From: Kudoa neothunni
Taxonomy: Eukaryota > Animalia > Cnidaria
Direction: 5' to 3'
NCBI GenBank assembly: GCA_964304625.1
Contig: OZ199840.1
Span: forward strand, 4,614,966-4,678,965
DNA length: 64,000 bases
The first letter of the stretch is position 1. Each line of letters opens with the position of its first letter. The translations under genes were made by a program, and so were the position numbers. Shown here piece after piece: positions 25,336 to 38,538 of this stretch. The notes below the pieces were generated by a model. The model had not been told where the DNA came from. It searched no databases and was given only the letters and a program-made list of their open reading frames with translations.

Positions 25336-26332
25336 AACTCTCAAATCAAAATATTATTTAAGCTTTTTATAATTAATTATCAAATATAGTTTGTTATTAT
25401 CTCCAATTTACTCAAGTATTCGCTGATTTTAATTTTTATTAAAGTATAGATTTCTACTCTATTAATTTTTTTGAATTATTTTACTGGCAACTGGCATTTT
25501 ATGCAATAAATGATTTAATTGATTTCAATTATTAAATTCAAGTAAATTTGTAGATCAACTTAAAATAAAGATGTTAACGCTAATTTATCATTCCTTGGTA
25601 CATTTTGTTCTCTTTTATAATCTTATTTATTTAATTTTTCTAAATATTAATATATCAGTAATTCCTAAATAATTTAAATATTAGTTCCTATCTCCCACAC
25701 AGTTGCTAAAAATTAACAGTTCAAATGCATAAAAAACGAGAAAATTTAATCTGACACCGACACAAGATGGATATTTTTACTCGAAGTAAAAAAAATGCAA
25801 ACCCAAACATTCTATATATTATTATTGATAAAAAAATTGTTCAAAATATTATCTGTAACAATCGGCATCCATTCGTCTTATTAATAATTCCCAATAAACA
25901 GACTCTAACTATTTATTAAAAAACCATTTTACACATTACTTAAATCAAAACGAAATTTAACATTCATATAGATTAACTTGAAGTTGTACAAAATTAGCAA
26001 ATATAAATATCAATCAAATCTATATGATTATTCACTCAGGCAAATTTCACCTGCTAAGCTCTCAAATTTCAACACATGCATTAGTCTTGCTTGGATAAAT
26101 GATTTAATATTTTTAACGTATAAAACTTACCGAACAATACCCCCTATTAATCTAATATTTAATTTACCACAAAGGACAAAAAATTTCACAAAAAAAACAA
26201 AAATAAGAGAAAGAAATATATAGACTGCAAACAATATGGCATACAAAACAACTAACACAGAATTATTTAGTGTAGAAGCGGGAATTAAAATAAATCAAAA
26301 TAGAGAGGGATTGATATGAGGAGAGTATGGAT

Positions 26333-27023
26333 TCAACCCTTGAGAACATCCTCGATGAGGTCTTCATAACGTACCAATCCTTGAACATCTTGGAATCCGC
26401 TGATCACTTTGCTGATTTCATCATCCTTAAGTTGATCACCTAAAACAATGTTCATATTAGTACACTGTATTATCCATCTGGAATAAATGGAAAGTATAAT
26501 TCCTACCAAGAGTGCCAAGAATTTGTCGTAGTTCAGCAGCGGCTATCAAACCATTACCATCTCTGTCATATATTTTGAAAACATCAATGAATTTCTCCTT
26601 GTCTGGTTTTACAGCCTTGGTTAGCATACTTTGAAATTGAGTGAGAGCTTGTTCGAAGGTTATCTTTGTTTCTGGTCCTAAAAAATAAAAGATGATAGAT
26701 AATTTAATGTATACAGCAATTCGTCAGTCCAAATTACCACCAAGTTCATCTACCACTTTGTTCACCTCATCTTCGGTTGGATTGGTACCTCCAGCACGTA
26801 AGAATAAAGAAATATCCTTTGCATCGATGGTGTTTCCACCTCTTTTGTCTATGAGACTGAATACCTCTTCTAAAACTACACAATCATTAGATGCTAGTAA
26901 TGAAAGAGACAATAGGAATGGTATGTAAAAAGGTCATTTTTTAAACCAATCCATTTCAATTGATGCAATTTAACAACGTTAATAAAGTGGTGAATACTTA
27001 CATTCTTTAGTGTTGGAATCCAT
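26333..27023 (-). CDS. Myosin essential light chain (EF-hand, MYL6/Mlc-c-like), 145 aa. Exons 27023-27002, 26875-26738, 26677-26507, 26439-26333
   Basis: The spliced product reads MDSNTKEFLEEVFSLIDKRGG..LRAGGTNPTEDEV..ITFEQ..FIDVFKIYDRDGNGLIAAAELRQILGTLGDQLKDDE..GLVRYEDLIEDVLKG, with characteristic ELC motifs. Confidence 0.9.
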
Positions 27024-30000
27024 CTTTCATATAATTCAAATGAATATAAATCAACTCGGTTGCAATTAATACAACGAACGGAAAGTTAAGCGATCAAACG
27101 GATTAAGGTTACTACAAGACGAATACATGCGAGAGCTGATAAGCTATACACCGGCATTTGTCGATAGGGTGTGCCAATTGAGTTTATCTTTGGTAGGTCT
27201 CTATCTTTTAATTTTATATTCTCAGTTTTGTGTTTAAATTGAATATCTCGATTATATGGATGAACAATCACTTTCGAACTGGTTCATCCGTTTGGATTTT
27301 CGTTTTAAACCAATTCTTGTAGTTACTATACGTATATGTAGATATTTATTTTGGCTTAATTTATTCTATTTTATAATCCAATCGTTCCAATATGTGTGTT
27401 ATGCTAATAATTTATTTTTAAATGTAAGTATCCTTAAACATTTTGATCCAACTTATCAATTTAACAGAGTTGTTCGATTTTACATAGGGAGCGATTGACC
27501 GTATTAATTTTCTGTGTAGTTTATAATTTTTTTTATTTCATTCACTTGTTATGATAATGAATATTTTAGTTAGTCGTATAATTTGTTACCCTAATTTACC
27601 CGAAACTAATCTACTAATAATAATTAATCATTAAACGTGTTAATTACACAAAATTACACTTACTTAGGGAATATGAGGATTTAATTCTAAAAATGTGATT
27701 AAGGGAGTAGATTGAATAATCATGTATGAATCAATGACAACAATAATAGAAAAAAGTGCTTGTTAACTGATACATATACTATGAAAATATTAACTGTAAC
27801 ACATGAATTTTATAATACAAAATTTCGATTTTATTATTATTTAATATAGCCTATTTAGATACTTCCATGTTTTATTGAGACTTTATGATGGATTTTAACA
27901 GCTTGAAACGATATTCAACATTATTCAGGAAATTATTTATTAAGTATCAAATTGTTTCAATTTTTACGGTTTAACGATTTTTATACAACTTTGAGATATT
28001 TTATCTGGGCTTTTATCTTAGACGGAATTTTTGAACAATAATACCATTTTTTTCTCAACAATTTTACATCCACTTTTTTATTTGTAAAACTCAAAGGGTC
28101 GATTGTAAATATATTTAATATTACAATGATTTTAAACTCATAGATTGTAAGTTTTTTTATTGACTCCTATAAATTTGACCTTAACTTCTACTTCTACTTA
28201 ATGATTACTTTAGTGCGTGCGCACTATACTTGTTATATTAAACTTATGTTTGTAGGTTATGGAATGGATTTAATGTAGTTTTCATTATTACTGGAATTCA
28301 AAAACATTAAAAACAATAGGCAGAATTACGAGTGGTTAGTATTTTCTAGTAAACGCGCTTGCGTCTTCCATCGTTTAATGTATTATTAAATTTACGAGTA
28401 AATTGGCTTAATGAAAGATATTATTGTTTAATTGCAGTAGGTTAAGTGTTACGCATCATTTATTTAGTTGTATTGATTATAATATTTGTATATTTTGAAC
28501 CATATTCATTTAGATATCTACTTATTTACCACTGGTAACCTCGGATAAATTCATTTTTTTTTAATTTAAGATTTTTATTCGATTTTTAATATTGTGACTT
28601 AGGAACTAATTATCGTTTGTTAATTTTATGTGTATCATGTATTTTTATTGCCGATATTGACAGGAATTATTATTACGTCTCTATTGCTAATTTTTTCTAT
28701 TGAATGAAAATTTCGGATTTAAATTTTAATTACTGTTTCATCATAAATATTAGGAATAACCAAATTATGATTTATTAAAACTCACTCTATTTGAAAAATG
28801 TTAATTTTTTTAATTATCGTTGTTAAACTTTTTAATAATGAAGTAGAAAATATAATGTAAAACCTTCAGGTTATATATATCTATGTTTCAGTAAAAGAAA
28901 TCGATATTTTAGTCATAAATAATTGGTACCAATATAAGACGGAGTATGATCCCCTGATCCGATCCTTGGGAAGGAAAACAGGCAGTGCTCTTTGGGAGAA
29001 AAATGAGTTTAATATTTTGATATTCTAATTTTGCAGGAAAGCTGATCTTATTGGGAAAAGTAAAAAATTTGAGTTTTGCATTTTTAGAAAGTTCATAAAC
29101 TTTTACATTCTGTTAATAAATATTGAATGGATTACCGCAGTTCAACATTGTGGTTTTTGTGCTAATTTTAAACCATTCCACTACATAAAGCTTTTTTTTT
29201 ATTTTGAAAATTTAAAATTAATGATATTTAAAATTTTCTCGTAGAAGCCATATGCAATATTATAGTGTATTTTAGGGGATGGGTTATGTAATTCATGCTG
29301 CTTTCATAGGATATAATAAACTTGTGACAATGTCTATTTTTTCGGGCCCGACAAAATAGACGCACCCTTAAATTAATAACGTTTAAAGCGATTTCCACAA
29401 CTAATAACTAAATGACATATTCTTACGAATAACTGATTATTAGTAAGATTTTCCTTTAATTATTTTTTTAAATATATTTTTTACATCTACTTAACAAAAT
29501 AAAAACTTTTTTGTAACAATTTCATGTTAGTTACTTCATTAGTCATTTTTTGTATATTTTATTAAAGAATATCATATTAAAAGAGTAAACTCTTTAAAAA
29601 ACTTGTATATAACATAAACAGGTTATATTATTATTTTTCACTGTATATAAAATATAAAATAAGATAGAATATTAAAATTTCATTCGTTCGTTATTGCCTC
29701 ACTCTTGGTCTAAATTTAAATTACCTATTCATCATTTTTCTACAAGGGATCTAACATTATTTGGAGATTCATAATTCATTAATATATGAGAATACGCGTA
29801 ACGTGGATTTCATTTTCAGACAAAAAGTTACTAAACCACACGTCGTTTATTGGATATATACATTTAATTTGTTGGAATTTGATTTCGTTATTAATTTTTA
29901 GTTCATTAACCCGAACTTAGGGGCCAATAATTCTTATACACAAAATTACACACGGGGACTAAATTTGTCCTGACCAATGAACACTTGCTACATCGTATGA

Positions 30001-30660
30001 AATTTGGATAACATAAATATTTTACATCTATGTGATCGTTATATTTTGAATTTCCTGTAAACATTACAAATTTTTATAGGGTATGACATAGACTATGTAA
30101 ATAAAGTTTCATTTTTAAATAAATAATTAAAATGGGTATATAAATTAATAAAATTAAGAAATCGATAAAATTTATAAATGAAATTTAATGGTTAAACAAA
30201 TAATTAAAATATATGGATTAATTTTAATTGTAAAAATGTAATTAAAATATAAAGATTGATTATAAAAAAATAATTATACTATATAGATAATATTAATTGT
30301 ATAAAAATATAATTAAACTATACAGAAAAATTCGAATAATTAAAATGTAATTGTTAAAAAAACAATTCAAAACAAAAAATATGTAATAATTTAAAATGTG
30401 TTGTTTTAACACGCTCACCTTATATGGAATAACGATAAACATCTTATAATTAATAGAAGAATGAGACGATATTATTAAGGAATTTTTATCCATGACTTTT
30501 ATAAAGAGTTAATATAGTTACTATGGAACTTACGTTTAAAAATTAATTAATTAATTATATGTGTTATCCAGAGTAATTTAAGTTATTCATATAGTTAAAG
30601 ATTTATTCATCGAACAAAATAGTGAATTAGTATCAGCATACAGAGAGAATAATATTTAAA

Positions 30661-31797
30661 CCCTAGAAAGGTCACCAAAAACAGTTACACAAAGGCTCAA
30701 TGGGTCCCTTTTTGGTCCAAGTATAAATTGATCGAATAAAGTCACTTAATTATTTAAAATTATTTGTTTACCGATTATTTAATTAAAAGTGAGAAATGAT
30801 ATTTTGTAATATCCAGCTATTCATCGAATCCTTTAATCTTTCAAATAAATTAAAATTATTTTGAAAGAAACACAACTTTAATATATTTGAAACATTTTGT
30901 TATAACAATAATATATATTATTGATAACAAGACCTAAATAAACACGATGTAATGTTAACTCCCGAATGTTTAAAAAGGAGATTAATTATTATACACTACG
31001 AGATTTGTAACTGCTGGGAATAATACGTCTAATTTCGATACGTTCCATTCGAAAACATATTTCAACGTTTAATCGTATTTCAAAGAATCTGATCATAACA
31101 TATAGAAGTTTTGGAACGATACAAATGATAACCTGTCGTTGGATGATGACCATGATTCCACGGAAACAACTTCATTGCCTTACTGCGTAAATTATACGTG
31201 TTCGCATTTTTTATTAAATTATGATGGATTTTTTTGAAAAAATATTTTTTTGTAGTAGTCTGTGTTATTACTTGAATAATCATGAAAATACTAATCTTTA
31301 TGTATAAAACATAATCTCCTTTTTAAACATTCGATAACTAAAATTACATCGTGCTTATTTAGGTCTCATTACCAATATTGTATATTATGATTTACAAGAA
31401 ATGTTGTTGATACATTAATGTTTAATTTCTTTCAAATTAATTTTAATTTATTTGAAAGATTAAAGGATTCGATGAATAGCTGAATATTACAAAATATCAT
31501 TTCTCACTTTTAATTAAATAATCGGTAAACAAATAATTTTAAATAATTGAATGACTTTATTCGATCAATTTATATTTGAACGAAAAAGGGGGCCCATTGA
31601 GTCTTTGTGTAACTTCAAAAAATTTTCTCTTCCTATGTATGTTTTTTATCAGATTTTTCTAACTCCTGTAAATGTAATTACATAAAATTTATGATATAAT
31701 TTACGTAACATTAATTTTTATATATAGCATATCCCTATAATTTTATAAGCATTTAATTAAATTTTGGACCAAAAAGGGGCCCACTGAGCTTTCAGGG
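30661..31797. mobile_element. Non-autonomous piggyBac-like MITE with a ~300-bp internal inverted repeat
   Basis: The ends are (TAAA)CCCTAGAAAGGTCA and TGAGCTTTCAGGG(TTAA). About 30683..30990 is the reverse complement of about 31305..31613. No coding capacity seen. Confidence 0.8.
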
Positions 31798-32104
31798 TTA
31801 AGAACGACTCAATAACTGCGTGTTCAAAACACCACAAGGACCAGAAGAGAGAAGGAGAACAAGGATGAAAATAAGAAAAATAAAAATAACTTATAATTTA
31901 TTATGCAACTGGCTAAGATAACGCAATAAAAACAAATAATTGAGTTCAACCCTCAAAAAAATTATAACAAAAATGATTCTAAGGGTACATTTGGTACATA
32001 ATGAGGAAGATTTATCATTGCATAGCAGCAATATAAACTAAATAAAGCATCATGTCAGTAAGTTAAATCCAACAAAAATTATAAAAATAACCTGAGTAGA
32101 TAAA

Positions 32105-35100
32105 TTATTGTTGGGTTACGTTAGTATCGCAGCAATTTTCCAACAATTGTTCCCAGCGTTCTTCAAAGAAGGAAGACATACTTTTACATGCAATATAGAT
32201 CTAAAAATTCAATAAGTGATCATTTTCCAACTAAATATATCTCAAATATGCATACCTCAGATTCGGATTGATTGAAACGTCTGCAGTTTTCAAAAATAAG
32301 ACGTACGTCGGCAACAAATTCATCGCGATCTTTGTATCTTTACAACAAAAAAGTCAGAACTAATGATCGAAAAATGAAAAATCGATTACTCAAGCGCTTT
32401 CAATTTCAGGTCTATTTGATGCAGATCAATTGGTTTTCTGATAACTTGAAGGTATAGAGGATATTTTTCAAGATCAACAGGTTTTGTGAATTCTTCCGCA
32501 TTTGGGTGGTCGTATAGTTCATGCAATAAAACGTGGCATGGAGTAAACATCTCACAAATGTCCATTTTGAATTTTTTCGAAATACGTTTTCTTCCAGATT
32601 CAACCACGGTTTTTGATGTGCGGCAAGCCTCGCAACAACTGGGACAGATGTAGAGGTCATTAGCGCTACTTTGCAATGCACTCATCATATCAACACATTG
32701 TCGATGGTGATAATAGAGACAAAGGGAACATCGTATAGGTTCCATCACGTTTTCATCTTCAATCTCGTTTTCATTCACGCTCTCATTCATATTATCAATT
32801 TTAGTATCTACAGCCAAGTCATCTTCATTGTCGGATTGCAGTTCACATTCAATCATTTGTTTAGGTGGATTTTGGAATGTGGATGTGTTACATTCACGAC
32901 ATATGGTGAACGAATTTTCTTGAGCATTCAGGCAGATCAAGCTCTTACAATGATTACAACTCCAGGTCTTTTGATCCACAAGCGAGAGATCTTCTTGGAA
33001 GCCTTGACAATACAAATGATGGGATTTGTGGCAGTACATGCAGCTTATAACGCTGTCAAAATTAACGTTAAGATGACACTTGTAGCAGAATTTGTTGTGG
33101 ATTGGTGATACTAATGGTGGCGGTTGAGGAATGTTGCTGCCATTTTTGTTGTTATTGTTATTATTATTGACATTGGACGAAGCGGGTTCAAGAGATACGT
33201 TCAACTGCAACGAAGTGAGAACCAACTCTAAATCATAGCAAGCATCACCGCAACTTTCAATGAAATCAATCAAGCTTTTAATGTATCGATTTTTTGCCTC
33301 TCTGGAGTTGGTTTTGGCTTTTTTAACCAAAGCAATGAGACCTCTGGCGTCAAGCATGTTAATAAGTTGTGCCAGTTTGGATTTGAATACAGGAACAAAA
33401 TCTTTGCTCTTTAAGTCTGTCGAAAGATCGATGGTTTCGAGTTCATGATCATCAAAAACGTTTTTCTTTCGAATAAAATCCACAAACTGATTGTACTGAA
33501 GATGGACAATTCGATTCACTGTAACACCATAATTTTTCTGTACCCAAGGGGAAGATTGGACCACATAGAACGTTTCATCAGAATTAAATGAACTGGAGAG
33601 ATCTCGATAGAATTTACTCGGTGAAAGTGCATCATCAGACATATTTTTGATGTTACGATTCAAATTTTTCGACAACATTCTTTCTCTCATTCCCAGATTA
33701 TTTAGACTTTTTAATAACGCGCGAAAATCGTTCATATTTTCAATCAGCATAAGGCGAGTGAATCCGTTAGTTTGCTGTGTTGTCAACGAGACTGAATCTT
33801 TATTATCATCGTTATCCAATTCAAGCTTGATATCTTCGTCATTACGATGTTCAGTTGCAACCGATGGATCAGCAAAAGGATGAGCAAGTGGAATATGTTC
33901 TTGTTTGACATCAGTGGCGAGAGTATCCTTATTGATGGTATTGTTTTGTTCGGTAATAGAATCACAAGTAATATGAGTGATTGGATTGTCATTTTGGTGT
34001 GGTTCGGGTGAAGCAGGAGATTTACTGTTAAGGAAATTGTCCAATTCAAGTTCACCAGGATTATGTTCTACGAACACACAACTAGAATGATAGAGGATGG
34101 AATAGAAGCGCGAAAAACGATCTTGTCCAATAAACGGTCCTTTAAATCGCCTGAAGAAAGCATACCACCAATCTTTAAGCACCTTCTGAATGTTATCAAG
34201 ATAATCGCTGAGTTGTTTGCACTCCTCCATTGTTTTAGGTAGAGGCGTGGTATTAGCGTCAAATTTGACGGCCTCCAATAGCAACGGATCACTCACACTA
34301 ACCACATTGTGGTTGTTTTGGATGGAGTTTTTATTTCTGTTGTTTCTCCTAGAGGAATTGTGATCATCGTCATCGTCTTCCTCATCATCAATTTCGTTAT
34401 CCTCATCATAAGCAGCCGAGTTTTCATCTTGATCTTCCACGTCAACATTGGCGTTGTTTGGTGGTCCTTCCGCGGTGGCTTCAGCATTTTCATCATTATT
34501 GCCACCATTTGGAGGGTTGTCAGCTGTTTCTCCTAGAGGTGATTCTGACTGTTGTTCCGCTGTTGCAATATGTGAAGAATTTGTAGTCGTTTCTAATTGG
34601 GGTGATTCCGACTGTTGTTCCACTGTTACAAAGTTTGAAGAATTGATCGTTGTTGCCAATTGAGGAGATTCTGATTGTTGATCCACTGTTGCAATATGTG
34701 AAGAATTGGCAGTTATTTCCAACTGAGGTGATCCTGACTGTGGTTCACCAATCGCAACAGGTTCTGTAACGATTAGATGGCCTTCCGTCTGATTATTTTG
34801 ATTAGCAGTAACATTCTCCCCCTCATTAGCTTGAGTCGAGGCGTTTTGTTTTCTTGCCAACAAGGTCATATGACGTTTGAGTTTTCTGATGAAACTTTCC
34901 ACATTCCATTTAGCCCCTTTGATTGCTTGGAAATCATTTGAAATCACATCCAAATTGTTCAAGATGCAAGGAGTTTTGGTAAGCGTATTGTTAAGGAACA
35001 ACAACACAGTAGATTTCAATAGAGGGCTCAATTTGAGAGGGGATGGGTTAGATTTGAGTGCATGAACAAGTGCTTTTAGATCTCTGTTGTAGCTGAGCGA

Positions 35101-38100
35101 GGACGCGAACTTCAAATGAGCAATGCTCTCAAGATAATCTTCAACGAACAGACGTATGATGGTTAGCATGTTGATGCTGTTAAACCGTTGGCTCACATCG
35201 AATTCGATTTTCATATCGTAACAAGCTGAGGGTAGTGGGAGCTTTTGATTCAGATAGGTCTCAAGTAGACATTCACACAAACACAAAAAGGGGCTGTTAA
35301 CCAAGTCCAACACGTCACACTCACCAACATCATCACACTTGTCAAAATTATCACTATCATTGTTAGTTGTGGTAAGTGTAATGGCGAAAATATCCTGTAT
35401 CACACTGCCAAAGGATGGCAGTACACTTAGCCGATTTTCCAATGGGAACAACTGATAAAATTCTTGCACAAATTCGAACACGGACGCTAAATTGGACATT
35501 GTAGCACACGCCTCCGCTTCAGACATCGACTCTCTAGCGGCGCAAATCAAGTTGTCAATCTGTAGATCACTGAACATAGGTATGTGGTTGGGTTGATCGA
35601 TTGTTTCATCGTCGAAAGCTTGTTTTGGCATTTTTACATATTTATTGCCAGGTCCATTCACAACACGCTCTTTGGAATTGGACGTTTTACCAACACGTTT
35701 GGATTTTGATTTAAGAAGTGAAATGGATCCGTTTCCCATAGAAATTGATTTTTTGTTTTTTCCCGAGCCACCAGCAGATAAATTAGACTGGTCATCATTA
35801 GGTGTTTCGTTAAACTTCATTCGTTTAGCTTTCGAGGGGGTTTTGGAGGTGGCGCCTTTAGGGCGTCCTCTTTTTTTGGTGATAACCAACTGTGGTGGAT
35901 GTCCAGAAGTGACCATGGTAGCAATTGCTGTTTGTTGAGAGTTGTCTAAAGCCTCCGTATTGTTCGATTGATTCAAAAACACTTCATCTCCGTTATTTGA
36001 CAAATAAGAGTTCGTGAGACCATCATCGAACTCGCCAACTGAATAACTTTCTGGTCCACCACTAATAGATTGATGCCCGAGATCGTGAGAGGTTGATGGT
36101 CCTGGTTTTTCTATTAAAGAATCAGATGTTTTGGAGTTTTTCTTTAATCGTGGCACTTTGCCTATTGTACGAGTGTCCATATTGAAATGGATAGTGTTAT
36201 CAAAGTTGAAATTTTCAGGAATCAATTGAAAATTGAAACCCTCAGGTTGATTTTTGAGAAATCGTGATACCTCCCGCTTCGATCTCAATTCATAATCACC
36301 AATTGCTTCTGGTACCGCGTAGACAACAAACTTTTTCAGCACCTTAGTTTCGTATCCATATTTGGATCGGGAGATTTTGCGCTTGAATCCATAATCCATA
36401 GGTTTGAATTGGTCTTCGATAGGTAAAGACTCTGGCAACAATGACATCGACTCATTCAAATGAGCACTTGTGTTTGGTTCTTCGTTAGCTGTTGTTCCAA
36501 TTAAAGCGTTACTTGGCAACTTCATTTGATGGAAACTCGATGCAACCTTGTGTGACTGTCCAATTATGGGAAAATTATTACTGGAAGGTCCCCCCACCAA
36601 AGATTGCATCGGATTGAACACTCCGTTCTTGATATCGGAGGTGGCTGGCTGGTGATAAGAATGAAGAGTAGGAATAGGATAGGGAAGAGATTGGTCTATT
36701 GTGACTAAAGAATCGCCAGTTGCTATATTGCCACTAGTGTTGTTTGGTAATGCTAAAAGGTGAGTCATTAAAATATTTTTTAATGAACCTATAAACAAGA
36801 ATGCACAAACTCCGGCACTCATTGAACCTTCATTAAATTCAGATTAATGGTATTATTTTAAATGAAACGAAAAAAATCATTCGATTATTTAACTTTGATT
36901 GGTTTATTTAAATATTGAATATATCAAGAACACCTAATGAAGCTATTAAACAAATTTATTGGAGTTTTTTATTGTATAAAAACCATCAAAAAAAACCCTC
37001 TAAATAGGCAAAAAGATTTATTACTATTGGTCACCTCACCATGTACCCCATGTACCCCATGTACCCCATATGCCCCATGTGACCCATGTGATATAGAGAA
37101 AGCGTTTTTATAATAGAAGTTCATGTCACAATTTTAATTACTTCTTCCTGAGTGTGTGTGTGTGTATGTGTGTGTATAGAAGAGGAGAATAAAATCATAC
37201 AGGTATTGGGCGGATTTATGATTTAAAAATTCGTTGAACAATGCTGATTCGAAGTTAAGGTTCAATTAAAATAAGATTAATGATTAAAGTGAGTTTTATA
37301 AACGATGCGAAATTATATTTATATTTTGTGTAAAAATCAATGTTTCCATAGGAAGAATAAAAACTAAAAAAACTTTGTGTCAACGTTTATTTTACACACG
37401 TTAAAGCTGATAATGAGTACATATTAATGGGCAATTTAAACCGCACTTCACATATTACATATGGGCACACAACTACTTTGCCCACCAAAAGTGTATCTCA
37501 CATTTAATTCAGCTTATTTTTATTTCCCAGCTAAAACGACTGAAATTCGAAACAAAGTTGATGACAAGAATAGAAAATTTAATAACGCCTGGTCAGAAAA
37601 ATATGGTTTTATTCAACGGGGGACGAATATTATTTGTTTTCTATGTCATTCGCTATTCAATTTAAAGCATTCAGTACACAAGTTATTTATCGATTATTTT
37701 GAATATTGCGCTTCGAAATTCGAAAATTCATTCAAAGTGCGAGCTATAACTTTAGTTTTAAACCTCCTGACCCCTGGAAACTTTCAAAGATTAAAATTTG
37801 GCTCAACGCTCCAAAAGTTTGTGCACCAATAGCTCAAAACTTACCACTATTCGAAGAGTGAATAGGAGTGCCACTCATACTTCCGACGCCACCACCAACG
37901 CAAATAGTGGGATTGTTATTGTCCAAACAATCCGGCCCACCACAAACATTCATGTTCTTCGGAAGATACATCAACGGTGGTTGATACATTTTGAGTGGTT
38001 CTTTGTGTGAGGACAATTCCAGTGATGGCAATTGAGTATTGTTACCAATTTCATTGTGAGGATTAATAGGGTTGATAGGAGTGGTCTTAGTGTTTTCGTT

Positions 38101-38538
38101 GGGTCCAATATGCGCTAACATAGAAGTGTTGTCGTTTTTGGGGCCCGTTGACAGAATATGGTCGATCGAATAGCTGTTAGTAGACGAGTTTGGTTTGTAT
38201 GAAGTGTTTACGTTAGGAATTTTAGCAGTTGTATTAGATACAGAACCAGTTACACTTGAATCATCAACTTTCTCGATAGTAGCAGTTGGTCGTAGATAGT
38301 CATAGATAGCCTCATTCTTATTGGATTCTACCATCTGTTGGATTTGTTTCACTTTATTATCGTAGAAGGTTTTTAGAGGATTCTCTAGGTTGGATCTGGA
38401 TGGAGCTGGATGTGGAGATGATTGGTTCTCAGTTTTGGAGACTGGACTAACAGCTTTTTGTTTATCTAACTCCATCATGTGCATCAATCAGTGTTAGTTT
38501 AAAGAATGTGTACAAAATTTACCGTATTCTTCGGTCAT
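32105..38538 (-). CDS. BAZ2: BAZ2/toutatis-like chromatin-remodelling subunit (MBD/TAM, AT-hook, DDT, WHIM, PHD fingers, bromodomain), about 1725 aa. Exons 38538-38523, 38465-37845, 36752-32390, 32337-32256, 32200-32105
   Basis: MBD-like GFKRKI..VVY..ELRSKREVSRFL, AT-hook KKRGRPKG, WHIM2 IGQDRFSRFY, WHIM3 LLKSLNNLGMRERML and PHD fingers. The bromodomain FTKPVDL..YPLYLQVIRKPIDL is completed by two small exons (FVADVRLIFENCRRFN). ORF 37834..38487 splices in phase into the large exon. The 5' exons are less certain. Confidence 0.82.
37039..37176. repeat. Intronic 10-bp minisatellite (ccatgtaccc, about 5 units) and (GT)n tract
   Basis: ccatgtaccc-type units at 37039-37090 and a GT dinucleotide run at about 37152-37176. 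Confidence 0.85.
37545..37777 (+). mobile_element. hAT (Charlie/SPIN-like) N-terminal fragment inside the BAZ2 intron
   Basis: KVDDKNRKFNNAWSEKYGFIQRG..IICFLC resembles the start of Buster/GTF2IRD2-type transposases. A CAGGGGTC-like end lies on the minus strand at about 37776. Confidence 0.55.

Noticed and set aside
27086-27498. Possible gene divergent from the myosin light chain
   Set aside because: Candidate splice sites gave stops in the phases I tried, and there is no recognisable product.
32412-35938. Many overlapping alternative-frame and antisense ORFs within BAZ2
   Set aside because: Shadow ORFs of a long, GC-richer coding exon, with no independent motifs.
37039-37090. Short direct repeats as a CRISPR-like or telomeric array
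   Set aside because: These are 10-bp units without spacers in a eukaryotic intron, an ordinary minisatellite.
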